A stretch of DNA of 63,363 nt, counting the filler, from Peribolospora baueri (lineage: Eukaryota): NCBI GenBank assembly GCA_029717555.1. It is 17 parts of 17 records of this genome, joined end to end, with 100 filler letters (N's around TTAATTAATTAA, not from the genome) between each part and the next. Parts side by side here need not be neighbours in the genome. Positions count along the whole stretch, not along the records: positions 34,983 to 38,370 come from JAMDHS010000212.1; positions 38,471 to 41,747 come from JAMDHS010000213.1; positions 41,848 to 44,974 come from JAMDHS010000214.1; positions 45,075 to 48,155 come from JAMDHS010000215.1; 13 more parts are not named here. One strand, written 5' to 3'. The first letter of the stretch is position 1; every line of letters begins with the position of its first letter. The position numbers and the translations under genes are program-made. Below are positions 36,806 through 48,255 of the stretch, piece by piece. A model generated the notes under the pieces. That model had not been told where the DNA came from and made no database searches. It saw only the letters and a program-made list of their open reading frames with translations.

Positions 36806-36920
36806 TCCTTCTAGATCTCTCGCCCAACTCTTCTCGCCTAATCCCCACTCGTCCTGTAGTTAACACACGCAGCCCTTAAGCGGGAACAGTAGAATAACAC
36901 TCTTAAAACCTAACCCTAAC
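36806..36920 (+). mobile_element. 5'-truncated tandem copy of the element's 3' end
   Basis: Repeats ~36687-36801, including the CCTAACCCTAAC tail. Confidence 0.9.
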
Positions 36921-37027
36921 CACGAGAAATGGTATTCACGGAACTCAATTACAGCATCCACGAAAAGGAGCTCTTCACCCTAGCATCCGCCGTCAAGTGC
37001 TGGCGTCACTACCTCGAGGGAATTGAC
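36921..37027 (+). mobile_element. Ty3/Gypsy RNase H fragment
   Basis: ELNYSIHEKELFTLASAVKCWRHYLEG. Confidence 0.85.
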
Positions 37028-37047
37028 AACCCCAACCCTAAGCGTCT

Positions 37048-37649
37048 TTATATCCTGCCGTCTGCTTTAAGAGCATCTGCTGCGTTTAGGTGCTTTTGGG
37101 CGACGTTCAAAGCTAGATTACCCTTGTGACTATTAACCCCGGCTGCTTGTGCTTTGTCGAGTTGTGCACTCGCCTGCTGCTGATGATGATCAAAACGCTG
37201 GATATCAGTGCTACCCGCTGGAGGTCGTTGTTTCGAGTCTAATTTTTGGAGTGCCTCGTTGTATTGTCCCGGTTGTCTACCCAAAACCGGTCCGCGCTTG
37301 CCCATGGACATTTCCTTCGGAATGCCGGACCCATTGTGCGGGTTCAGGGGAATGAGGTCCTCGTAAAGGCGCTTGGTGTAGAGCTCGTCGCGCAGCATAT
37401 GATTTCGGACTACGGGGGCTGCCAGTCTGGCATCACCGCGCGCGTCTGGGGTTTCACAGAGAAGACGTGAGAAAGGCGAGTGAGTACATCATCGCTAACG
37501 TACGTCGAGGCAAGTCGGAATATGGCTTCAAAGACGCCGGGGTGTAGCTCACCGATGTGATGATCCCCGTTGAGCGTGGGGATCGGCGCGGACAGCCCGC
37601 TGGTGGCCAGGACGGCGGAGACGAGGGCGAAGAAAGCGGCAGACCTCAT
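37048..37649 (-). CDS. Secreted prepro-protein, telomere-linked family, copy B
   Basis: MRSAAFFALVSAVLATSGLSAP signal; intron 37552-37446; propeptide DARGD..ELYTKR (Kex2-type); TATA at ~37911-37917; paralog of 44248-44861. Confidence 0.82.
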
Positions 37650-38470
37650 GGTGGCGGTTATGGAGGATTTGGCGAGTGACGTTCGTGGTGAGGCGACGGA
37701 TGTGCGCGTCGCTTGTGATAAGAAGAAAAGGCGCTGGAATTCGAAGCGAAAGAGCAAAGCGGCGTTCGCACCAGGCGAAAGGCACCGAATAGGACGGTAT
37801 AAGAAGAGAAAAGAAAGGATGTGGCGCCAGGCCAGAGAAGGGTCGCGTGGATGAGTACACGGTAAGGTTGGGTGAAGAAGGAATGAAGGTGTCGGAGCAG
37901 GATGGTGACCTTTTATAGACGAAGCTGGCTCGACGGCGTGGGAGGACCTGGCAGAGCGGTCCCCCTCCAGTCCATGGGAGCACGCCGGGCCGGGCTGGAC
38001 GAGCAAGGCGTCAGACGGCGAGAGCGTCGGTCGAAGAGCGGGCCTAGGAAGCAGATGAGCGCCCAGACGATGGAAACTAACACAGCCACTGCGCCACTTG
38101 GCGCATTTTCGCGACGCCTCGTCCGAGTGAAGCGGGCGAGGCGAGGGCGGGCACGACGGCAGACTTCGTGCAAGGCATACGGCCGCCTGGAGGCAGCGCA
38201 GCGACTTGAGGCGACCATGGCCGGGAGCTGAGCGCCAGCGCGTGACGTTATCAGGCTCCGCCGCCCATGGTGTCTCCCGTCGGACGTGGAAGCGAGGGTC
38301 ACGCGACCCTGGCGAGGCCCGAAGATGGAGCACAGGACGGCGGCCGTCGGTGCATCCGGCTCGAGGCGAGNNNNNNNNNNNNNNNNNNNNNNNNNNNNNN
38401 NNNNNNNNNNNNNNTTAATTAATTAANNNNNNNNNNNNNNNNNNNNNNNNNNNNNNNNNNNNNNNNNNNN

Positions 38471-38583
38471 AACCCTAACCCTAACCCTAACCCTAACCCT
38501 AACCCTAACCCTAACCCTAACCCTAACCCTAACCCTAACCCTAACCCTAACCCTAACCCTAACCCTAACCCTAACCCTAACCC
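38471..38583 (-). repeat. Telomere (CCCTAA)n
   Basis: About 19 units at the contig start. Confidence 0.97.
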
Positions 38584-40723
38584 TTGACGAGCTCACGTCA
38601 GCGGGACCGCTCATCCTACGGCCTTTCCTTCGACTGGACCAGAGTACAGTCGGCGCCAAGGTTTTCCTACTTCCTCTCTCGGAAGCCCGGGCCTTGACAC
38701 TATCGAGGTATAATATGCGCTCGATGTCGGCCTCGGTGAACGCGTTGAGCTTTGGCGTGTAGTCGTCCTACACGTGCTACTATTAACAAACGCGCCGATT
38801 CACCATGTAACATTCTTTTCCATGTTTCGGGACATCTCAAGCCGGCCAGTGTCCGTGGACTTCCAAACTACATGAAAGTCTCCCAATTTCGTAGGGTAGG
38901 CTGGAGGGACGGCGTGAGAGCGAAACGAAAGCAGTCTGATGTCAATCGATGAACTAAAATGCTTCAACGACAAAGAAAAAAAAAAAGACATTTACCTGCA
39001 CTCCTGCCGAAATGCTGGGTCAGGTTCGAAGTGGGGGCCATTCGACAGATGACCCCGATAATGGAATCCCTTGCATGGAACAGCAATGAGTGAATGGAAA
39101 AGGACATACCGTCAGCCCCGAGTGAGTGAGCTACCAGCGTCTCATGGAATGCGAATGAGCTCACCTCGAACCATGGAACGCCAAGGTGCCGATGCGCCGC
39201 ACATCAGCGGGCGAGCCATCATAATTAGTCTAGTAAGTGTTGGGAGAGAAGATTGGGACGGACCAAGGATTAGCTAGGCACCAACCACGCTGGACATCAA
39301 GGACTTTAATAAAACTCACCGTGACGGCGGCGGCAATCGCCTGCTCCAGGGCTTGGCGGGAAGGAAACAGCGCGGGGACGCGCTCGTTGACAGCGGTATC
39401 GTTCAAATTGAAGATAATGCTAGAGGATATATGATGCATGTACGGCGCCATGATGGGAAGGAAAAAGCGAGAAGGGGAGGCTTCAGCGTCAGAAAGGGTA
39501 TGTTGGAAATGGAAAGGATGTATGCTAGGAAAACACAAATGCTCACACTGCCATTGGCTGGTCATCTTCCAAATCGTTCACAATGTCGATGCTGAACTCG
39601 GCTTTGAGGGCCTTGTTGAGGTACTGTAAGTTCTTGGGAGAAGGGTCGGCGATGGCGGCGACGACTGCCGATTCAAAACCGGCCTGTTTGGCCGGTGGGT
39701 GGAGCCGGAGCCAGAGCCAGAGTTAGGATGCACTAAGAACGGGACAGGACGGGATACTGGATGGGTTGTGCTTACAGATTTCTTCCAATTAAAAAGCTTT
39801 GAGGGCTTAGAGAGAAGGTTCTTCCGCGGTTTGGCGTCAACGTCCTGATGTTTGAGCGACGGAAGGAGAAGAGGAAGAGGGGCGGAGAAAAGATAGGATT
39901 GACAAGCCGGCGAGGAAAAAGTGGAAACAAAAGGAGAGAGGCAGAGACGAAAGGTGGGAGAGAGGAGGCTCAGTGCGGGGGCACGAGTGGGCTTGGACAA
40001 GATGACCGCGGAGAGACAAGGGCACATGCTCACGGGCTTTTCCTCGGACTGAGGTTCCATAGGCGAGGGCGTGGCAAATGAGGGCGAACGGGGATGATGG
40101 GAGGAAGAAGAAGGAAGGAGGGGAAGATGGGAAGAGCTGGTTCGGACGGCGCTTTTATAGCAGCAAAGCATGTCCACCATCCGCTAGCTTAGGAGGGGCG
40201 GGGAACAGGTGGCTAGGCGTCGTTTGAAAGAAGGGATGGAGGAAGGAGTCTGGAAGGAGGTGCGATGTGCGATGGGTGAACGAGGGCAAAGAGGACAGAC
40301 GAGGCGAGATGGATTGTAGCGACGAGGGCAGCGGCCGGTGGAGGAGGCGAAACGCAGTGAGTGGTCAAGTGGTCCAAGTAGGTCCAAGTGATATAATTAT
40401 TTCGCCGTCGTCGTCGTACTCAACAGCGTGGAAAGGAAAGACGGTCTCTGTTAATGAACGAATAATGAACTGCGGGCGGGTCTCAGCTGATCGCACACAC
40501 ACGAGTTGACGACTCGGGTGCTGACTGTGTGAGCAATTTAATACCCCAGCAACCTGTTGAAAGCATCGGAGATAAGATGGCTAAACACGGATATCGGGTG
40601 GAGAAAAAGCGTAATGAATGACTAATGGACGCCTGCCTGGCAAGCGGTATGCTGACCCCGCCAAACGACGTAGACGTTCAGAGATGTCCGGGAATTCTCA
40701 AGCCTCGTCGTGCCGATCTTGTG

Positions 40724-41003
40724 GTGCCAGACGGAATATCTCCCTTCACATCACTCCCCCATACCCAGACCCTGCCAACATAACCATCGCTCCACTCTCC
40801 CTCACTCTCTCTCGCCCCACTCCATCTCGCTCTCTCGACCCACTCCCTCCCCCTCTCTCACCCACTCCTTCTAGCTCTCTCGCCCAACTCTTCTCGCTTA
40901 ATCCCCTCTCGTCCTGTAGTTAACACACGCGACCCTTAAGTGGGAACAGTAGAATAACACTCTTAAAACCTAACCCTAATAACACTCTTAAAACCTAACC
41001 CTA
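40724..41003 (+). mobile_element. 5'-truncated copy of the telomeric non-LTR element, plus a 26-nt extra terminus
   Basis: Matches 36545-36800, followed by a second AATAACACTCTTAAAACCTAACCCTA. Confidence 0.9.
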
Positions 41004-41059
41004 CGTCATGACCAGCCACGAGGAATCCGACACCGTAGGGGCGCTTGCCGTATTGCCCT

Positions 41060-41183
41060 GAGCTTGAAGGCCGAGCTTGAAGGTTGAGCTTGAAGGCCGA
41101 GCTTGAGATCTTCCTGTCAATGGTGAAGGGGCCCAGGCGCTTGGCATCCAGCTTGCTGCTGTGTCTTGCCATCGAGATATGTC
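41060..41183 (-). mobile_element. Ty3/Gypsy integrase C-terminal (GPF/GPY) fragment
   Basis: RHSSKLDAKRLGPFTIDRKISSSAFKLNL; bounded by GGGTTAGGGTTAGGG at 41184-41198. Confidence 0.78.
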
Positions 41184-41713
41184 GGGTTAGGGTTAGGGTC
41201 GGAGCCGCCCAGCGACTGCGCAGAGCATTGACTTGGTTCCGTGTCTGACTATCAGAATAATGGACAAGGATCCGCCCTTCGGCACGGTCGGCCGGTGGCC
41301 GGCTTCAAATGGCGGTTCATGGTTTATGCGGCGAGCGACGCCCAATAGGTAGACGACGCCCTATCCATTCTCGTCGAGCCTGCGTCATGCTGCGTTTCTG
41401 ACCCCCACGACGCAAGCTCTCGCGCCTTTGGCACCGGTTCCTCGGGGCCACCAGACAGCTCCTCCCGAGCAGCGCTTTGGTATAAAAACCCCGGATTTTC
41501 CTCTCTCAGTTGCTTCCTCATTCGCTTTTCCTTCCTTCACACGAAGCCGCTGTTGATCAGCCCTTCGACTTTCCTATCGCTGTTGACCGGCACTTGTCCT
41601 TTCCCTTCTTCTTTAATTTTCTGCCCTTTCGTTTCATTTCTCTTCAAGTCTCCAGGCTTTCTCTACACGGAAACCGTTCAGCTAGCTCCTCCAGCACCGT
41701 CACTTCCCACGCC

Positions 41714-41747
41714 ATGAAGTTCTCTGCTACCTTCGCTGCCGGCGTCG
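41714..41747 (+). CDS. Start of a probable secreted protein (MKFSATFAAGV...)
   Basis: TATAAAAA at 41481, GCCATG context, MKF signal-type start; cut by the gap. Confidence 0.5.
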
Positions 41748-41847
41748 NNNNNNNNNNNNNNNNNNNNNNNNNNNNNNNNNNNNNNNNNNNNTTAATTAAT
41801 TAANNNNNNNNNNNNNNNNNNNNNNNNNNNNNNNNNNNNNNNNNNNN

Positions 41848-42592
41848 CTTGCACGCCGCGGGACCTTGCGCGAACGGTCAGCCGGATCTCACCGAACGCG
41901 TCATCTCGTCCTACACCACCACGCTTTCGGCCTTGCTTCGCGCTCGCGATAGCCATGCACGAGTCACCGGCGGTCCGGACCGCCTTCTCATCGTCGGGCA
42001 GGATCCCGGTGAAGACGAGCCTTGGAACGCGCTTCCGAACTTGGCCAGAGAAGTGGCGCTCGTGGAGTCCTTGGCAACGGAGGCCATGGCCGACGAGGAT
42101 GTGGAGACGTTGTGGCAAGGAGAAGCCACGGTCGACAACGTCTTGAAAGCCATGGGCGAGTGCACCTGGGTCCACCTATCTTGCCACGGTCATCAGGACG
42201 CCAAAAAGCCGATGGATAGCGCTTTTATCTTGCACGAGGGCCGACGGCTTCGCCTCTCAGACATCGCCACTCAGCGGCTTCAGCACTCGGATTTCGCGTT
42301 CCTCTCGGCGTGCCATACCGCTGTCGGGGCGACCGAGCTGTCGGACGAGTCGATCCACCTAGCCGCGGCCCTTCAGTGCGCTGGATTTCGAAGCGTGATC
42401 GCGACGACGAAGGCTATTGACGACCAGGACGGTCCAACGGTCGCCGAGCACGTGTATCGCCACATGTTTCGAGGCGAGGGAAGGAACGCCACGGACGCTG
42501 CTCACGCCTTAAACGAGGCCGTGTTGGCTTTGCGTCGAGACAATAGGGTCAAGGCGGATCGATGGATCCCGTTCATCCATATTGGCATTTGA
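41848..42592 (+). CDS. CHAT (caspase-like) protease domain, C-terminal part; subtelomeric paralog
   Basis: WVHLSCHGHQ and FAFLSACHTA catalytic His/Cys motifs; W.PFIHIGI*; near-identical to 56328-57071. Confidence 0.93.
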
Positions 42593-44247
42593 AGCATCGG
42601 TTTCAAGATGGTGAACTGGGACTGCTGCGCCGTTGTAGGACGTAGAGGTCTTTGTGCTGCTGACACCATCGCTTGACTCTTGACGCACTTTTTGAACAGC
42701 ATCTTTTCGGACGAACATATTCCCGAACGGACAGGTTTCGTCCGATGGGAAGGGGTGACGCTCTCACGAACCTCTGGCCGATATTAGAACGCACCATTTC
42801 CCCTTTTCTCTAACAGCCTGTATCAGTTGTCTTCGTACCGCCTCGCCTTTCGAGATGATTTGCCTTTGGCGCCGAATGCACGGCGATCATTTTGCACAAC
42901 CGATGAAACGTATCCAACCTCTCCACTTTTACCTGCATTCCCTCCTTCGTCCTGGCATACGAAGAATCGGAACGGCCGGCCGGTGGAGGCGAGCTAGAAG
43001 GAGTGAGCCTGGCGTAAGCAGTGGTCGAGACAGTATAGTCTCTGGCTTTTCCGCCCTCCCAGCGTCCCAAGCGCAGTTGTCAATTAATATATGCCACCCA
43101 CCGCCTGTCAACAGCTCCTCGACTAAAACGGGTTCAACAGCAGTCGGCTCCTCCCTTTCGTTCGCGCCATCTGTCTTCCAGCCTCCCTGGATCACTCTAA
43201 AATGGGCCTAATCTTCGATGCTCCAGCGATCTACGTTGAGTCGTACCGTCAAGCTGAAGAAGACAAGGGGACGAGATTTGCAGGCCGCGAGGCTGGCCAC
43301 TGCTGGCGGACGATCGGCTTTGAGAAACTATGACTGCTCTCTATTGTCCCGGGGGTGTAAGAAAGGTGTTCGAAGGAAGAGTCCGCAGACAGAAGGAGTG
43401 GGCTGTTGCTGCAACGCAGTTGCACTTTCGCGCGGTCCTCCTCGCTCCGCATCCGCCCTCTCTCGTCGCTAATAGAGGCGGTGCGGTCTAACTAAGCTGC
43501 GCGCATGTCGTCATCTAGGACTACCAACCTCGTCCGGCGTTCCAGCCCGCCTCGAGCCGGATGCACCGACGGCCGCCGTCCTGTCTCCATCTTCGAGCCT
43601 CGCCAGGGCTTCCACGTCCGACTGGTGACTCCATGGGCGGCGAAGCCTGATAAAGTCCCGCGCTGGCGTTCAGCTCCCGGCCAAGGTCGCCTCAAGCCGC
43701 TGCACTGCCTCCAGGCGGCCGTATGCCTTGCACGACGTCTGTCGTCGTGCCCGCCCTCGCCTCGCCCGCTTCACTCGGACGAGGTCTCGCGAAAATGCGC
43801 CAAGTCGCGCGGTGGCTGTGTTAGTTTCCATCGTCTCGGCGCACATTCCTGCTTCCTAGGCCCGCTCTTCGACCGACGCCGTCTGACGCCTTCCTCATCC
43901 AGCCCGGCCCGGCGTGATCCCATGGACTGTAGGGGGAGCGCTCTGAAAGCTCCTCCCACGCCGGCGAGCCAGCTTCGTCTATAAAGGTCACCCACCGTCC
44001 TGCTCCGACACCTTCATTCCTTCTTCACGCAACCTTACCGTGTACTCATCCACGCGACCCTTCTCCGGCCTGGCGCCATATCCTTTCTTTTCTCTTCTTA
44101 TATCCTATACGGTGCCTTTCGCCTGGTGCGAACGCTGCTTTGCTCTTTCGCTTCGAATTCCAGCGCCTTTTCTTCTTATCACACACGACGCGCCCATCCG
44201 TCGCCTCACCACGAACGTCACTTGCCAAATCCTCCATATCCGCCACC

Positions 44248-44861
44248 ATGAGGTCTGCCGCTTTCTTCGCCCTCGTCTCCGCCGTCCTGGCCACCGGCGG
44301 ACTGTCGGCGCCGATCCAGACAGTCAACGGGGATCATCACATCGGTGAGCTACACCCCGGAGTCGTTGAAGCCATATTCCGACTTGCCTCGACGTACGTA
44401 AGCAATGATGTACTCACTCGCCTTTCTCACGTCTTCTCTGTGACACCGCAGAGGCGCGCGGTGATGCCGGACTGGCAGCGCCCGTAGTCCGCGATCATAT
44501 GCTGCACGACGAGCTCAACAGCAAGCGCCTTTACGAGGACCTGCACGCTCGCATCCCCCTGGTCAATCTTACGCACAGCTCACTCCATAATCGGGCGGGA
44601 CTGTATAGCAGCATACTTAGGAACCTAAAATTCAAGCCTCCTGCGACATACAATGATCAAGAACGATATCAATTCCACATGCTTCAAGCGAATGCAGCTT
44701 TTGAGAGGTCACAACAACCTGGAGCAGGCATGCGCAAGGAGGGATACTTAAACTCAGCCAATAGGCATATAGATGCAGCCAATGCTCTGGTATCTGAAGG
44801 ACGTGCTACCCACCCTAATAACAAAATGGATGCAGCTGATGTCTTGCGTCTAATGGGTTAG
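44248..44861 (+). CDS. Secreted prepro-protein, telomere-linked family, copy A (168 aa)
   Basis: MRSAAFFALVSAVLATGGLSAP; intron 44345-44451; HIEARGD..ELNSKRLYEDLHAR; TATAAA at 43980; the TAG stop lies inside the first telomere unit. Confidence 0.82.
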
Positions 44862-44974
44862 GGTTAGGGTTAGGGTTAGGGTTAGGGTTAGGGTTAGGGG
44901 TTAGGGTTAGGGTTAGGGTTAGGGTTAGGGTTAGGGTTAGGGTTAGGGTTAGGGTTAGGGTTAGGGTTAGGGTT
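44855..44974 (+). repeat. Telomere (TTAGGG)n with one TTAGGGG variant
   Basis: About 20 units at the contig end. Confidence 0.97.
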
Positions 44975-45074
44975 NNNNNNNNNNNNNNNNNNNNNNNNNN
45001 NNNNNNNNNNNNNNNNNNTTAATTAATTAANNNNNNNNNNNNNNNNNNNNNNNNNNNNNNNNNNNNNNNNNNNN

Positions 45075-45212
45075 GGCTTCTACAAGCGGGAGGACGAGGC
45101 ACCCAACGCCGTCGAGCGTGGTGGCGGATTCGATGGGGGTTTTGATGGCGGCTTTGATGGCTTCGGCTTCGGTAAAGGCTTCGGTGGCTTCTACAAGCGA
45201 CAGGCCATGTGA
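45075..45212 (+). CDS. C-terminus of a Kex2-processed repeat peptide precursor (KEP-like)
   Basis: GFYKR-EDEAPNAVER-GGGFDGGFDGGFDGFGFGKGFGGFY-KR-QAM*. Confidence 0.65.
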   Translation, partial: GFYKREDEAPNAVERGGGFDGGFDGGFDGFGFGKGFGGFYKRQAM

Positions 45213-46086
45213 GTTGCTGTAGGATTCAACTCGTAGAGTTTAATTATTGAACAATGAGTTTTCACATCTATGACTTGGACCTCGTCTTCTCCGATGCTAC
45301 AGTGGTGGCTCTGGCGGCGGTGGTGGTGGTGGTGGCGGCGGCGGCGAGAACGAGAATTTTGGTGGGCTTAACTTTGGTTGGTTTTAACTTTGGTGGCTTT
45401 TTCTGAGCTAGCCCGTCCACAGTGCTGGGGCTTTGATTCGCCCCGTAGATGTAAATATGTAAATGCGAAGATGTAAGAGCGCCGACGCTGCCGGTGTCCC
45501 TGGCCTCCGCCAGCTGTGGGTTTCTTTGTGTGTCCTAGCTTGCGGATATGGCCGCCAGGTACGCCTGCTCGAAATGGATCGTGAAATGACGAAAGAGAAC
45601 AGCTGTACAAGGCTGCCTGTCTGTCAGTATCATCTGTTGCTTTTTTGGCGAGCCCGACAATGGAGGGCGCACAACCGCTTTCCCTCAACAACACAGTTCC
45701 AGCTTCTCCTACCGCTGCCGCTCCAGTCTCGTTCCAAAACCTGCAGACAGGCATTGACGACCCTTTGGAGCAGCGTCCCAGTCATATCATGTCGTAGGCC
45801 GTAGCCTACCTCGGCAGAAGACTTCCACCGCCAGCATTTAATATTATATCACCATTGGCTCCTTCCTTCATAAACGCTTTGAAAGAGCAAGCGTGGAGAG
45901 GCCAAGTCGCAGGCAGAAAAGCAAAGGCGCCAACTATGGTAGTAACATTCCATTGAGCAGCATCGAGCATTGAGCACCAGTACCAGGCTCCACTGTACAT
46001 CGCCGGATAGGCACCTCTACGGCCCGCCTGTCGTGGCACGGCCTTGCTGTCTCGCCCCTCTCCCTTGCCTCCTCTTCCATCTATCT

Positions 46087-48155
46087 TCACTCCGCCAAAT
46101 TTTGATGCTCTACCATAGCTCTGTACCTCGGGCTCTTCTCCAGCAGCCGCTGATGCGGCCCGCTCTCGACGACGGCGCCGTGCTCGAAGAGGAAGATGCG
46201 ATCCGCTCGACGGATCGTCGACATCCGGTGAGCGACTGCAATGACTGTGCATTTCGTGCGAGAGCAGATCTGCAATGGGGATGCGGGCAAGGCGATCGTA
46301 CCAGGGGGAGACGACGTCAGTTACGACTTCCTCAGTTCAGCCGCACGTTCAACTACACAGCTCACCTGATCCAAGCTAGCCTGAAATGCCCTCTCGCTCT
46401 CCGCGTCCAATGCGCTCGTACTCTCATCCAATAAGAGCAGCCTCGGCTTCCTTAACAGAGCCCTCGCAATAGCCAAGCGCTGACGCTGCCCCCCGCTGAG
46501 CAGGCTGCCCTTGTTGCCGCACAGCGTGTCGTACCCTTCGGGAAGGCGTACAATTGTGTCGTGGATGTTGGCCAGCTTGCATGCTTCTTCAATCTCCTCT
46601 TGGGAAACGTCGACCAGCTCCCCTTCACCAACGCCGCGGCTGTGGTCGTGTGGCGCTTCGTCACCGTCGACGCTCGCATTCTCCCCACCGTCTTCCATCG
46701 CGTTATTCTCTCCCTCTCTTCCGTTCTTCCTACCTGTTCTTCGTCGTCGATCAGACCGCTTGCCACCGCGGCCCGATAAAGCGGCACCACCAGCGTCGCC
46801 ACCATAATCTTTCCGCCCTATATAACTTCTCCGCGGCCTCGCACCTAGAGCGACGTTGAACCGGATCGAGCCGTAGAACAACACCGGCTCCTGAGGCACG
46901 ATGGCCATGTCCTCACGCAGCTCGTCCTCGTCAACGGTCGAGATATTTTTGTCGTCGATCAGGATCGTGCCGGACTGAGGGTCGTAGAACCTGATGGAGG
47001 AGTGTGAGAAAATATGCGTATGGAGAGGAGATCAGATACATTCGTGAGCGTACGTGAAGAGGAAGGGAAAGTACACCCACTTCTCGATTAAAGCCACCGT
47101 CGTCGACTTGCCAGAACCGCTCGGCCCGATGAACGCGCAAAAGGAGGAGGGCGGGACCTTTGATCGAGGATAGCGCCGACGAATGCGGTAAAGGGAACAA
47201 GGAGCCAAAAGGGCCGGACTTGGGGTCAGCTCTGCGCCTTCGAATCGACGGACGAAGCAATCGAACCGAGCCAGAATACGCCTGACGAGCCTCGATGCGA
47301 CGAGACCGACCCGATCCGATCCAAGAGCTCGGAAGCCGCTCAGAGTGGTGTTGAAATGTTAACCATGGTAGATGAATGTCAATTGTCTTCAAGACTAATC
47401 GATGTGTTGCTCATCACCGCGGCTCCTGCGCCATCTCGGCGCGGATCTCGATCGGTCGTCGACGTAGTTCTGGCTCGGCTCGAATCGCTAATGTGTATCG
47501 CGATCGCCACTCACCTCCAAAGATAATTTGCGCAGGGCCGGAGAGTCTCGCCTAGTAGGGTAAGCAAAGCAAACGCCCTTAAACTCGACTTTCGTCCCCC
47601 CCTGCTCCTCGCCGATTCGATGCACTCTCGACGGCGCAGACGTAACCACTTGGACGCTGTTGACAACAGCTTGACCGTTCACGGCTGCCCCGTATCCGTT
47701 TCCGGGAAAAGAACCATGCTCGTTGGGCGCCTTGAGACCGCTCTCCGGCTTCCCTCCTCCGTCCTGGCCTTCCTCTTCGCCGTCACCGTCACGACCGCGT
47801 CTCGACCTAGGATCTTGGTCGATGAGCCGAAAGATATTACCGGCGCTAACATGCGCCTTAGAAGAATCTGGTGCGAAAGCAAGCAGCTGCCCGCTCGCTT
47901 GTGCAGAAAAGAGCAGCGCCGGAAGTACGGTGAAGAAGTCGACCTGCGTGTAGTTGCCCTCGGAGACTTGTTTGGAGCCCCACCAGTACGCGAAAGAGTA
48001 GATAAAGTAAGACACGCTGAGCGCAGAGGCGAGCCAAACGTTGCCGTAGATGATGTGCCGAAGCGACTCCTTGTATGGGCGCTCGAGGCTCTCTCGGAAT
48101 AGACGGCTCACGTCGTCCTCCCTGCCCAAGGATGCCACAGTGCGGATGGAGGAAA
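46087..48155 (-). CDS. ABCB/MDR-type ABC transporter, C-terminal TMD and NBD, 5' truncated
   Basis: [76 protein letters not shown]. Confidence 0.95.
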
Positions 48156-48255
48156 NNNNNNNNNNNNNNNNNNNNNNNNNNNNNNNNNNNNNNNNNNNNT
48201 TAATTAATTAANNNNNNNNNNNNNNNNNNNNNNNNNNNNNNNNNNNNNNNNNNNN

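Noticed and set aside
39230..40060. Possible gene starting MEPQSEEKP toward the telomere
   Set aside because: TATA and splice donor are present, but no recognisable domain or consistent exon chain.
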